A DNA stretch of 64,000 nucleotides from Eledone cirrhosa. Lineage: Eukaryota. The notes under the pieces are model-generated. The model was given only the letters and a program-made list of their open reading frames with translations, ran no database searches and had not been told where the DNA came from. Shown here one piece after another: positions 1-12,791 of the stretch (positions within the stretch are counted from its first letter, which is position 1; each line of letters opens with the position of its first letter). The stretch covers positions 137,330,001 to 137,394,000 of the forward strand of contig OZ024741.1 of assembly GCA_964016885.1 (NCBI GenBank), given 5' to 3'. The translations under genes and the position numbers were made by a program.

Positions 1-283
1 ATATGCAAGATATAGTTCGATTCCTTTTTGCATTCGAATAGATAAATAAAACATGAAACGCATTTAGATAGATGGAAAAAGCAAACTTATTGGAACAACA
101 AACGAATATCACCTCTTCAAGTACGCTTGAATGTAAATAGTAATTTTGAATACACATATAAACTTACGGGCACACATACATGCATGTATATATATATATA
201 TATACTTCCAAATTTTCTTATGTCAACCAGATATATATATATATATATATATCTGGTTGACATAAGAAAATTTGGAAGTGAAT

Positions 284-316
284 GAGAGAGAGAGAGAGAG
301 AGAGAGATAGATAGAT

Positions 317-385
<69 letters not shown>
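284..385. repeat. (AG)n microsatellite, representative of dozens of (TA)n, (CA)n, (AG)n, (ATCT)n, (GAT)n and (ATT)n tracts in the window
   Basis: Directly visible simple repeat. Confidence 0.98.
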
Positions 386-388
<3 letters not shown>

Positions 389-1183
389 TAGTCTCCACGA
401 GAACATAAACATGATTCGATAAGAACTGTTCGTGACCAATTATAGTTTAGGGTTATATGACCCGGTTTAAACCAACAAACCTGACACCTTTTATACGTTG
501 ATGAATTTGGCTGCAATAATGGAGGATTATAATTTGATATGGTCTCTCTAGATTTTTCCTAAATATTTTCCCACTCTTGACTAATATTTTTCATGATTTT
601 TTTTATGTAATCTATATCTGTTATTTCCCTATGTGCTCCCTTCGTTCCCATTTTCCTTAATAAGGCCTGATATTTAAATCATTGCTATTCGTTTGATATT
701 TTCTGACAGATAGTTTTCTATTTTTAGCAGAACACTCTCAATATTTTTAACCCGACCTCTTTTTTTTTATTGATCTAGTCTTGATAAATTATCAGTGAAT
801 AGAAAACCTTTCTCCCATGGCATTTCTTTAGTTGAGTATATATTATTTCCAACAACTCTGCGCCAAACGTTGTAAAATCCTAGTTTTATTTGAAGTTCAT
901 ATCTGCATTCATATTTTAAAAAGATTAAGAAGCTCCCCACAGCATAATCCATTGGATTCATGTGATTCATCTGTGTAACTGACCCATTTATTGAAACAGG
1001 TTGACTGTGTAATGTGGTTATGATGATCCTTTAAATTTCGCTTTTGGATTTTTAATTGTTATTTCGAAAGATATAAATTCTGCTATCCATGGATATAGCC
1101 AAATATCATACTGCTATGATATTTTCTCTATATTGTGTATATGTGAAAGTCTTGGGATTTACGTTATGCATCTCGATCGTATT

Positions 1184-1270
1184 AAATATTCCCAAAGCAT
1201 CTATTATTAGGAATATTGTTTTGATTTTAATCCCCACATTCTGGTTATTTCTATTTCCAGATATTTACTT
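1184..1270 (-). pseudogene. Small relic of an R4/Dong-like restriction-endonuclease LINE C-terminus
   Basis: Minus strand reads LEIEITRMWGL, then after a frameshift KIKTIFLIIDALGIF. This resembles LEIEIGKMWKLRTKTIPVVVGALGMI in ORF 61715..62158. Confidence 0.6.
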
Positions 1271-1289
1271 TTGGATAAGTTCTCCACCT

Positions 1290-1336
<47 letters not shown>

Positions 1337-1503
1337 AGTGGTATAATACAACAAGTAGAAAATATTTACTTATTTTTTTCTGATCTGATATATGTATGTT
1401 TATATTATCTAGTTTGTGTCGATACTTCATAATACCGACAATAATATCTTGTTTATAAAAGATGCATCTCTGTCAAACCTGATTATACATACACACTCAT
1501 ACA

Positions 1504-1665
<162 letters not shown>

Positions 1666-1672
1666 GAGAGAG

Positions 1673-1738
1673 ATGGCTTCTACAGGACTAGAACTGTTTC
1701 ATTCGGGAGAAATCCTCAGGGCTTCCTGCAGAAGCCAT
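1673..1738 (-). ncRNA. Hammerhead-like motif, family A (exact second copy at 2823-2888; relics near 5361 and 17494)
   Basis: Minus strand: atggcttctgcagga..CTGAGGA-tttctcccgaat-GAAAC-agttcta-GTC-ctgtagaagccat, closed by a long terminal stem. Stem III geometry is atypical. Confidence 0.55.
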
Positions 1739-1888
1739 TTCTATATTAAATATTTACACTCTGCTATGTATTGAGTACCTTACTTACTGTGGTTACTCCC
1801 GATAACCTTATACATATATATATATATAGTAATAATATTGAAAGAGTGAAGAATAACATGGTCAACAGTACAAAAAAGGGTTTTATTT

Positions 1889-2004
1889 ACAGTATTGACA
1901 ATTGTTTCACTGATTAAGTTGTCTAAAAATTGCTGAACACTTGAAGCTGTGCCACAAAATTTTAAATACGATGTTAGCTTAACCAGATCATCAGAAAGGA
2001 CTGT
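1889..2004 (-). ncRNA. Minimal type I hammerhead ribozyme with extended stem II
   Basis: Minus strand: acagtccttt-CTGATGA-tctggttaag...cttaatcagt-GAAAC-AATT-GTC-aatactgt, then AATAAA. All core nucleotides are present. Confidence 0.8.
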
Positions 2005-2467
2005 TAAAAATATACTCGGCGTTTACGAATTCAAATTACAACATCATCAATAAAGAAAGAGAGAGAAAAAAGAGAGAGAGAAAAAAAAGAGAAAAAAAAA
2101 AAAAAAAATGGAAAAGATATAGAGAAAAAAGATAGAGTGAAAAGAAAGAAGGCAAAAGGATGAAGAAAAAAGATAAAGAAAACTTAAAATAGAGAGAGAA
2201 AAAATAATAAAGATAATAATAATAAATGAATAAATGTTAATAAATAAGTTATAACGAGGATGATAAAAAATAATACAAAATATGATAAAAAATAAATAAA
2301 AAAATGTTTAATATTAATTAATTAATTGTAAGTTATAATTGAAAATAATACGATAAGATATAATGTAAGAGATGAAAGAAATTTAGGGAAAGAAATAGAA
2401 AGATAGAAAATGAAAAAGAGAAAATATAAGAGGTTATGATGTTGGTTCATTGCCAGTAATAATGATA

Positions 2468-2585
2468 ATAATTGTTTCTACTTTTGGCACAAGTTAACCT
2501 TAGAGGTATTTGAACTCAGATCATAAAGGGACGTAACTATGGTGGAAAGCATGTCCGACCCTCTACCGATACTGCCAATTCACCA
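2468..2585 (-). mobile_element. tRNA-derived SINE (Nin-domain-like family), internally deleted
   Basis: Matches head and tail of the fuller copies at 10073-10255 and 63640-63812. Confidence 0.75.
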
Positions 2586-2672
2586 AATGATAATAGGTTA
2601 TTATAATAGATTCAGGTGGTGCAATTTGAATTATGGAATAGATGGGATAAATTAAGTTGGTCTGAAATTATC

Positions 2673-2823
<151 letters not shown>

Positions 2824-2896
2824 TGGCTTCTACAGGACTAGAACTGTTTCATTCGGGAGAAATCCTCAGGGCTTCCTGCAGAAGCCATTTCTATAT

Positions 2897-2945
<49 letters not shown>

Positions 2946-3111
2946 TTAAGGGTACTATTTATAGTTATGTATGCAATAAAACCTTTGATGGTAATATATT
3001 ATATATACACAAACCCTAAATAGTGAGAGATAGTCATTAATTACTATCCTATTACCAGTAAGTTAAATAGCTCAATGTAATAGCATCAGTTGTTATACAG
3101 AGCAGTTATAT

Positions 3112-3784
3112 AGAGATTACAGTAATCAAAGTTCAGTTTAAGTCATTTATTTGCTTACAATTGTTTCCTCCAAACCGAGGTTTGGATTCTTCGGAGCAGC
3201 TATTTATAACATACTTGACCTCCTTTTCAACCCAAGAGACACATAAAACATATGCGCATATTGATCAACAGTGGGGTGACATTCATCAAATGAAATAGCA
3301 TGGCAATTTACATATAAAGTGTTACATGATAAAAATAAAATAAAATAAAATAAAATAAAATAAAATAAAATAAATAAAAGCAAGAGTGAAAATAAAGATA
3401 AACATGAAGCGTTGGCAGTCTATGAAGATAAAGCAAGAGGAAAGCTTAGAGTAGTCAGTGCATGAAGCAATCTCCCGTGTAGCATGCACGCTTGTCTTAT
3501 CTATACATGATTAGAGTGCGTCAGAATGATATTTGCAGGGTCAGGCAGTTGAAGCAGGCAATCGATCTTATAATATAGGCTGAATTATTAAGTCATTTAT
3601 TCTCATACATCTGTATGATATACAGTCTCGGGTGCGGGGAAACACCAAAATATCAAAAACCTTCAACATACTATAAACCTTATTGTATCGTATGTTATAA
3701 ATAGCTGCTCCGAAGAATCCAAACCTCGGTTTGGAGGAAACAATTGTAAGCAAATAAATGACTTAAACTGAACTTTGATTACTG

Positions 3785-3792
<8 letters not shown>
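3112..3792. mobile_element. Fold-back element with 103-bp inverted arms (3112-3214 and 3690-3792), each carrying a hammerhead-like motif
   Basis: Arms are reverse complements. The plus arm reads tgct-CCGAAGA-atccaaacc/ggtttgga-GAAAC-AATT-GTA-agca-AATAAA. Flanked by (TA)n and (CT)n. Confidence 0.8.
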
Positions 3793-3847
<55 letters not shown>

Positions 3848-3850
3848 CGT

Positions 3851-4068
3851 GAAGGCGTGTGGCTGAGTGGTTAGAGAACTGGATTCGCAATCGTGAGGTT
3901 GTGAGTTCGATTCCTGGACCGGGCGATGCGTTATGTCCTTGAGCAAGACACTTTATTTCACGTTGCTCCTTCTACCTGGAGTTGCGACCGATAGATAGTA
4001 TTAGCAATTGGAAAGACCAATGGAAACATTGTTTCCTCGGTCCGATTTGACGAAAGTCGATCGTTAGG
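3851..4068 (+). mobile_element. tRNA-derived SINE with CORE-like central domain
   Basis: Pol III A box TGGCTGAGTGG and B box GTTCGATTCC, then gtccttgagcaagacactt. Flanked by (TA)n. Confidence 0.85.
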
Positions 4069-4264
4069 AATATATATATATATATATATATATATACAGT
4101 ATAACAAATTAAAGGTTAAAAAATTAAAGAATTATGTACGAATCACGTTATAAAGAAAAAAAAAATAAAGAGTTGAAAATGACCCTTATTTTATTTTGTT
4201 CATGACCCTTATTTTATTTTATTCATTTCAAGGGTGAAAATGACCCTTATTTTATTTTATTCAT

Positions 4265-4552
4265 TAGTACACAATGAAAAGAAATTAGTTTATACAAAAC
4301 GAATTATAGTTTCTTTTTCAAAAAGTGTTGCAGAAGGAATCATGGATATCTGATTTGATGTTACATTGACCGGGTTCAGCAGTGATTAGCTTTTCAAATG
4401 ATACTTTCAAGGTTACATTTCTACTGATGTTGAAGCCGATCAGTACAAATGGAATAACCATGATTCCTTTTGCATTCCGCCGCCGTTTTATTAAAACCAT
4501 TTAACGTTTAAAGTTTATTTTGTACGAACTAATTTCCTTTCATCGAGTACTG
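4265..4552. mobile_element. Possible degenerate MITE with about 40-bp imperfect TIRs
   Basis: agtacacaatgaaaagaaattagtttatacaaaa resembles the reverse complement of ttttgtacgaactaatttcctttcatcgagtactg. Confidence 0.45.
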
Positions 4553-4839
4553 TAGATTTACAAGTGTATATATAAAAACATTAAATGTACCTTCGATACT
4601 GTATTATTATTTCTATCTCCCCCCTGTCTCTCTCACATACACACATACACACGCACACACACATACACACGCACACACACATACACACGCACACACACAC
4701 ATACACACGCACACACCCATACTCACATATGTAGTTTGACTAAGAATATACAGAAAGAACGTAGAGTTCCCTGAAACGTAAAACCTTGTGTCTAAAAGAG
4801 AAATTAATATTATCATTAATATTATTATTGCTAGTTATG

Positions 4840-4891
<52 letters not shown>

Positions 4892-4900
4892 AATATTTGT

Positions 4901-5157
4901 GAAGGCGCGTGGCTGAGTGGTTAGAGAATTGGATTCACAATCGTGGGGTTGTGATTTCGATTCCCAGACCGGGTGATGCGTTATCTCCTCGAGCAAGACA
5001 TTTTATTTCACGTTGCTCCTTCTGTCTGGATTTGTGACCGACAGATAGTATTAACAATTGGTAAGACCAATGGAAACACTGTTTCCTCGGTCCGTTTTGA
5101 CGAGCTCTACCCCACTCGTTAAGCGAATGAGGTCTGGGATCTTGTCAATCGACCTCT
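4901..5157 (+). mobile_element. tRNA-derived CORE-like SINE, second copy
   Basis: Highly similar to 3851-4068, with a longer 3' part. More degenerate relatives at about 12790-13060, 13400-13500, 36840-37080, 38570-38690 (minus) and 40630-40920. Confidence 0.85.
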
Positions 5158-5308
5158 CCATACATATATATATATATTATATATATATATATATAGACAG
5201 ATATGTAAAATACCGCAGATTTTACATTTTTACATATCTTTATACTCTGTATTTGTCCAAGCATTGGGCATTCTCATGATTAGTGATCTCTTTGATCTCA
5301 GCACCGCA

Positions 5309-5344
<36 letters not shown>

Positions 5345-6353
5345 ATATATATATAATAGAAATGACTTCTACAGGACATGAATTCCGTTGGGACTGCACC
5401 CTATATCTATATCTTCTGCAACGTAACATATATTAAATGCTTACGTGATTTGTGGTGTTCCCAGTCTTTGAAATATAATCTCATATATATTTGGTATAAT
5501 CACAAGCCCACTCTTTGAATAAGTAGTGTAAAGTAAATTAGGTCGACGAGATAGTTATTTTGTTAAACTCCAGCTGTTAGTGCGACAACTATTCGGCAAA
5601 CGTATTCGGTATTCTTTCTTCCGGAAGAAGATATTTACTAAGCAAACAGATAACGAATTTCTATCGTGAAGGATAACATTTATTGAATAAAGTCGAATTC
5701 AAAACATATTCTTTCTTAGAAATTGCTATTCAAACAAAATATTTCAATTAATTTTTCAGTTATTTAACTATTCTGTTATTTAACCCACTAGTTATATTAC
5801 ACACGTATATTACACCATTCTGATATAAAATCTACTAGTTATATTGCATACAACTCTTAAGACTCTTCATTCATTTAATGCTATCACAGCGAATTTGATT
5901 TCACAAAACCAGAGAGCGAATAAATAGATAAAAATACAGCTTCCAAGATAAGTTGAAGATTTTTCTATGAAGTTAGAGGAAAAATAAACAACAGTTTGTA
6001 AATTCTTCAAATATTCATATCGATCAGGCTGTGTTTATTTAGCAAGAGAAAGACAAGAGCGAGTACAATAAAATACGTATGGAATCAATAGACATTGTGA
6101 GAGAAAAGTATGACAAGGAATAACACTCACACATACACATGTTAGTTTATATGTATGTACGTATGTATGTTTCTCTTTCTCTTAATTTCGAGTACATTTT
6201 TTACCGGCCACCTTCCTGGCGGCAAGGTTGTAAAGGAAAAGAAATTGTCATCCTTTGAATTACAAGAATGTTTTGCAAATTTTGAAGGTGCCAGCTATCA
6301 CATCCATTTGTATATATGCATGTATATATTTGTGTATTCTTGTGTTTTGAGAG

Positions 6354-6419
<66 letters not shown>

Positions 6420-6420
6420 A

Positions 6421-6466
<46 letters not shown>

Positions 6467-6469
<3 letters not shown>

Positions 6470-8394
6470 GATAGGGTCGACCATGGTTACCTGGATGCGG
6501 TGCTAGCGGCGGCAGGCTTCGGACCCGTTTTCAGGGGCTGGATCACTGCTATGCACAGCAGCCGCATCTGCTCTAGGGTCAAGGTGAACGGCTACCTCTC
6601 GGAGCCGTTCAAAATCGCGCGGTCCATCCGACAAGGGTGCCCTCTCTCCTCCCTTCTGTATGTGTTGACTCTCGAGCCACTACTGCGGAAGTTGGAGTTG
6701 TTGCAGGGCATCCCTTTGGAACCGGGATTGCGGAAAGCGGTGTCGGCCTACGCCGACGACGTGACAGTAATGGTGTCGACGGCCTCCGAAATCGAGGCGG
6801 TCGGCACTTTACTGGAGGAGTACGAAAAGTTCACAGGGGCTAAGCTGAACCGGGACAAGTCGATCGGTTTGCAACTCGGCACGTGGAGGGGCAGACCGAT
6901 GCCCTCCGATGGCGTCGTCGGACGCTGGACGGAGGGCCCGGTGAAGTTACTCGGGGTCTGGTTCGGACCGGACCTCCAGGTGGAGAAAACCTGGGCGGAG
7001 GTTACGAACAGGGTGTTTGCACTGACCCAGAAGTGGGCCAGTTGCAAACTATCCCTGAAAGGTCGGGCGGAGGTGGCGAACACCTACATAGCGTCCGTCA
7101 TCTACTACCGCCTGACCGTAGTGCCCTGCCCAAGGGAAACCCTCACCAAGATGGAGCGCGCGCTCTTCCAATTCCTTTGGAAGAGGCGGGCTCCTATGGT
7201 GAGGAGATCCATCTGCTGTCAACACCCTTCGAAAGGAGGGCTGGGGATGCCGTGGCTAATGATGCGTAAACACGCATTAAGGCTACGGCACCTCTACGTA
7301 TTCCTCACCGGACAACCGGTGTGGGCCACGTTTGTGAGACGAACCTTTCCCAGACTCGTCTCACTCACCGAGCTGCAATCCTGGGTCAAGCAAAGACCGA
7401 GAAAACTGGGCGCCTGGCACACTGAGTGTGCCCAGGCGCTCACCGCCCTCTGGCAGGCGGATCCGGTTATCAGTGGAGACTCCACCGCAACATTCTATAG
7501 AGGGCTGGTACGCAGCAGGTGCGACGACGCCCTCGGAGAAGCCCTAGACATGGAGGAGGACGAACTGGCCAGCCTGTTCGGTAGGACATTCAGCCCGGGA
7601 CCTATGGACAACTTCCAGAAGTCCCTGGCCTGGCAGTGCTACCGAGGGGCTTTACCCGTTCGAGAAAGGCTCTACAGACACGGGCGCCCGGGTAGGGACC
7701 CCGCCAAAAAGATCTGTCCCAGATGCGTGTGCGACGAGGAAACCGTTGCACACGCATTGGTACACTGCTCGGGCGTAGCCGATCTGTGGGGCTATGTCGA
7801 ACAACTGCTGTCAAGGGTGGGACCGATCCGGTTGACCACCGAGTCTATTGTAATGATCAAGCCGCCTCCCCCCTTCAAAGATGAAGCAGAGGCGGTGTTT
7901 CTGTGCGTAATAGCCATGGCGAAAGAGGTTGTATGGTGGACGCGTCTGAAAGGACTGAGGTCAGACACCTTTCTCTCTGGCCAACAACTGGTCCGTTTCT
8001 TCCGATATCATTTCGGAAGAAGGATCAGGATGGAGAGAGAGGTGCTGCACCCCAGCCGTTTCTATGAAAGATGGGTGAAAGTGGCGAGAATGGCCCGTGT
8101 GAATGGGCCTTCACTCTACATCAGACTATAGGTGAGGAAGATGAAAGACCAAGGGAGCACCCCTTCTCTGTGCTCCTGAGGAGAAGGGTTGCACACTTTT
8201 TTCGGGGGTGTGTGCGACCCCCCAAGGCGCCTCCTCTCTATTGAGGATTTTGTTAAAAATTTTATTTTTTGTTATATCTTATTTTATTTTTATATTTTGT
8301 TATTGCCTCCTCCTTATTGAGGACGCCTTTTTGTGTAAACTCCCCCCTTTGTACTTGTCCCACTTTTGATGCCCTAGTGGCAAATAAAAGAAAC

Positions 8395-8395
<1 letters not shown>
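6467..8395 (+). mobile_element. 5'-truncated Tx1/L1-group LINE with an open ORF2 C-terminal half (to 8131) and 3' UTR
   Basis: FDRVDH, RQGCPLS, AYADD RT motifs and C-terminal CPRC..ETVAHALVHC finger. (ATCT)n lies on both sides. Confidence 0.93.
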
Positions 8396-8430
<35 letters not shown>

Positions 8431-9151
8431 GTATGGATTCTGTCTAACACATGGAAAACGCGCTGGTGAGTAAATGTTTTAATTTCATTGGAAATTGCAT
8501 TAACTGAATCTACATTCTTACACCATTTTGTAGATAAGCTGCCACCCTACACTTTGTAGGTGGTAGCAACCCCAAATAATAAGCCCATCAGGGCGAAAAA
8601 CGGAATTTTGAATATAGTCAAAATGGCCAAATTCTTCACAAAAAACACATCAGAGAATTGTGGAGATGGGCTGTTAATATCACCTTCCACAGCACTAGTA
8701 GCAGGTGAAGGTTGTCTGCCTACTGCTATCACCAACAACAACAACAGTAACAACAACAGCAACAAAAACAACAACAACATTAAATCTGTCAGACAACAAT
8801 TAGACAGGTGGTGGAGGGACGGTAAAACTGTCAAGCCAAGAAGCAGCTCGCATCGCCTCGTTGAAACACTTCGATATGTTTAAAACCCACCCTGACAACA
8901 ACACCAGCACCACCAACACTAAAACTGTGAATGGCACAAACCAAAACAACGCCATCAACAACAACAGTGACAACAAAACCACAACCAACACCAACAACGG
9001 AAAAAACGAAAACAACATCAACAATAAGAACAATAATAACAACAACAATACCAATAACTGCAACAAGTTGTACGACAAAATATAATTTGCGCAAACCGTA
9101 AAGAAAACGGTAAGCTACACTCCGGTAGATATTTCAAATGCAAATGAGCTT

Positions 9152-9865
9152 TTGAATAACGCCAGACAATATGTAACTTTTGGGGAGAACGGATCATTGT
9201 CCATAAACTCTCCCCCAGATTTGCGAAGAGAAGCTGCCTTGAAAACTGTGATTTTCAGGACAATCTCAAATAAAACACGAAAACCGACCCAACTTTCACA
9301 AGGCGAAATTGAGTTGGCTTTAAAAAATGCCTTAAAAGACATTGCTTTTATTCAGAAGGGTAGACTCTACGGGAGTTTATCCATTCTAATGAAAGACCAA
9401 TTGACGGCACATAAATATTCTGTGTCGCCAATTGTGTCACCGGTGTTCACCTTTTTTCCCACTTACATGGGGAAAAGGACACAGAAAATAAAAATCCAAA
9501 GTATCACACCAAATATTGACATTTGGTGGGTACTATGTGGATTTTTAAACCACGAAACAGACTATATAATATCGGTAGGTAAGTCCTCCGGCGACCTGTT
9601 CAGCGGAACTAGCCTGGAAGTTCTGGTCCAAATGACACCAGAACGAATAGCTAGGATCCCGAAACGTGTGTTGCTGGATGGGCTTATAAACATAAACATT
9701 TCGGTCGAGGGTAGGCGGCCCTCATGTTACCACTGCTCAAGCAGGGGTCACCTGAGAGCTTCCTGTCCTCGGCTAACTAGCCCCCAAAAAGGCACTACTG
9801 CCAACACCTGCAACACCAGCACAACAATCACCACCACCACCACCACAACAACAACAATAACATAA
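9152..9865 (+). pseudogene. LINE ORF1 (gag-like) fragment with CCHC zinc knuckle
   Basis: VEGRRPSCYHCSSRGHLRASCP (CX2CX4HX4C). Upstream pieces from the ATG at about 8622 are frameshifted. Confidence 0.8.
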
Positions 9866-10072
9866 AAAAAATAGTGACAACAAAACAAACGACAAACACA
9901 GTCCCACCCAACCCCTCCCCACCTAAAACAACTCCAGAAACACCCACACACATAACAGCTCCCCAAAACGTACCTCTCTCCAACAACACGGATGAGGCCT
10001 CATCATCGTCACCCACCCAGTGACGATGAGGGAGAGCCTTTCCGACTAGTAAAAAGAAAAAAGAAAAGACAT

Positions 10073-10255
10073 AACTGTTTCTACTTTAGGCACAAGGCCA
10101 GCAATTACCCAGTGCATTACTGGTACTTTATTTTATCGACCCCGTAAGGATGAAAGGCAAAGTCAACCTCGGCGGGATTTGAACTCAGATCGTAAAGGGA
10201 CGTAACTATGCTGGAAAGCATGGCGTCTGACCCTCTACCGATACTGCCAATCCAC
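10073..10255 (-). mobile_element. Nin-domain-like tRNA SINE inserted in LINE ORF1
   Basis: Minus strand has A box tggcagtatcgg, B box gagttcaaatcc and ctttgcctttcatccttacggggtcgataaaataaagtaccagt. Confidence 0.88.
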
Positions 10256-10812
10256 CGAACAAAAATGCAACAAACACACAAACACCAACACGAGCGACGC
10301 AAACAGCACAAACAAAATCACCTCCTTCTGAAAACAAAACACCTACTACAAAACGTAAACACACACAAGAACCACAGACAAAAAGCAACCCAACACAACA
10401 AAAATGTTACACCTACATAAATACTAACAATAAAACTTTAACAGACACCATATATAAAAACCCTTCGGTGGAGACCGAAGGGAAAACTTTTACACACTCT
10501 TCGGAGAATCCTAATCTTAAAATGATTAGGACCTCCAAGGACACACATAAACAGTTAAAAGAAAAATTTCCCAACGACGTAGGTAACCCCTGCGTCAAAC
10601 CCTACATCGAGTCCTATTAAAATCTTTCCCCACCCCACCCCCATCCCACCAAACACCCCTCCCCACCAAACATCTCTGTCCCCACCCCTCCAGAGACCAC
10701 CACCCCACCAAACAACCCCTCCAACGCCCCCATGGAAATTGTGCAGCCTGGCCCCAGGAGACGAAGAGGTGAGTGATTTCTTTTCCTCTTCGGTTAACTT
10801 TTCAGCACCAAC

Positions 10813-12079
10813 ATGGCCAATATAAGAGTTGGATGTGTGAATGTACGCGGCCTGGGGATGCTCTGGAAACAGGGCAAACTCTTAAACGACCTCAGGTCGT
10901 ACAGCATGGATGTAGTAGCCATTTGCGAGTCCAGGATCCACAGCGAGCGACAACTGGTCCCCATCTTCGACGACTTTGAGATCTACGCATCTCTCTGTCA
11001 GCCGGGAGGTGGGGGTGGGGTTGCCGTTTTGCTGCGGAAACACCTGGACCTCGTAACACAGACGGTACATCTGGACCAGCGTGTTAGCGACGAGAACGGC
11101 CTTGGACCAGTTCTTCGACGCAAAGTATGAAGGTTGCGTTGTCAGAAGCAAAATACGTGCACTGGGAAACGAGGGAGCCAAAGCTGTTAGCTGGGCCCGA
11201 GTGACGGAGGCGAAAAGTGGCAACAAGTCCATGATTCAGTCTTTGAAGGACCAAGACGGATACGTGATACGTGAGCCGAAGCAAATGTGCGCGGCCTTTC
11301 AGCGGCACTTTGCTCAACTGTTCGGGCAGGGCGGCGCGCCGGGAGGGGCTATGGATCTCGCTCCATACCTCGACGGCCTACCGCGACTCTCGGACAGCGA
11401 GGTGAAGTTCTGTGAAAGGCCGATTTCGGCCGCTGAGATAGGGAACGCGCTGAGCCAATGCGGCAAACGCAAATCTCCAGGTCTCGACGGTCTACCCTAC
11501 GAATTTTACGTAGCAATGCCGGACTTGTTATCCGGGCTCCTGGAAGCGGTCTACTGCAACTGGCAGCAGAACGGGAGAATTCCCAGTTCTGTGACCAAGG
11601 GCGTAATCACGTTAGTCAAGAAGGACGAGAACAAGGAGGGTGACATAGGCAACTTCCGGCCCATAACTCTGCTCAACACAGAGTTACAGATTTTGGCCAA
11701 GGTGTTGGCAAAGAGGCTGGCGCTTGTCGTCGAAAACCTGGTGGGAGAAGCGCAGACATGCGCAATCCCGACCAGGTACATACACGACAACCTCCACCTC
11801 ATGCGATACATCATAGAGAGGGTAGGGTGTAAACCCGGCTTCGGTGGGGCCCTGATCAACTTGGATCAGTCTAAGGCTTTCGATAGGGTTGACCATCGTT
11901 ACCTGGACGCGGTGCTCGAGGCGGCAGGCTTCGGTCCCGTGTTCAGGGGCTGGATTGCTGCAATGCACAACAGCAACAACTGCTCAAGGGTCAAGGTGAA
12001 CGGCTACCTCTCGGAGCCTTTCCATATCACGCGATCAATCCGACAGGGATCCCTCCCTCCTCCCTTCTGTACGTACTGA
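10813..12079 (+). pseudogene. LINE ORF2 (APE endonuclease N-terminus joined by internal deletion to RT)
   Basis: MANIRVGCVNVRGL..DVVAICE..GGVAVL (APE), then a jump at about 11080 to KSPGLDGLPYEFY, NFRPITLLN, DQSKAFDRVDH. Confidence 0.9.
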
Positions 12080-12716
12080 CTCTCGAGCCACTACTGCGGA
12101 AGTTGGAGCTATTGAAAGGGCATCCCTTTGGAACCGGGACTGCGAAAAGCGGGGTCTTTCATATAATTATTCTGCATCCCCTTGCATTGAACCACAAAGT
12201 TACTAAGACAAAACCTATATATTTGCTAGCATAGGTATGCATCTGTATATATATGTTGGTAGATATACTAATTCTTTATAATTATCTCCAAATTATTTTG
12301 TTGAGCAAAAATTTGCCAAAACTACTACTATGGTTCATAGTAATAGCCAGGCTACTGTCTTAATAGCACCTCCACCCCTCACTGATTGACCTCGATGTCA
12401 CGTGATTGATTCTTTTGAATTTGCCACCGACCAAGTAGGCAGTGATTTTTTCAATGTCCTGGAATTTAGTCCTCTCTTGCTTTTTTCCATCCACTGAATT
12501 ATTTTTGTATAAGTTCCCTGTGTCCACGCATTGCCTGGGAACTTAGCTGAGAATAGACTTCCTGATGACGAAAGGATTTTCTCCATGTTGTTCCATTCGG
12601 AAACCATGTTTATTCCCTTTCAGAAACTAATTAGTTGGAGTGAAATTTTAGTAAGCTAATTTTTATAATTTTCTTATTTTACGTCTTTCATATATATATA
12701 TATATATGTGACTTCT

Positions 12717-12791
<75 letters not shown>

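Larger units (their letters stand above)
8547..12150 (+). mobile_element. Tx1/L1-group LINE 5' portion (ORF1 plus deleted ORF2), 3'-truncated
   Basis: ORF1 pieces, APE endonuclease start and RT N-terminal half. The 5' boundary is approximate. Confidence 0.88.

Noticed and set aside
445-516. CQVCWFKPGH as a gag zinc knuckle
   Set aside because: Spacing is not CX2CX4HX4C and the last Cys is missing.
3851-3925. tRNA gene
   Set aside because: It has A and B boxes but no proper acceptor stem, and it continues into a repeated SINE body.
6155-6466. N-terminal 104 aa of the 658-aa ORF as a host-LINE fusion protein
   Set aside because: Chance read-through of flanking DNA and the (ATCT)n tract (YLSI repeats). 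LINE homology starts at FDRVDH.
12560-12580. CTGATGAcGAAA as a hammerhead core
   Set aside because: No room for stem II and no stem III/NUH; probably chance.
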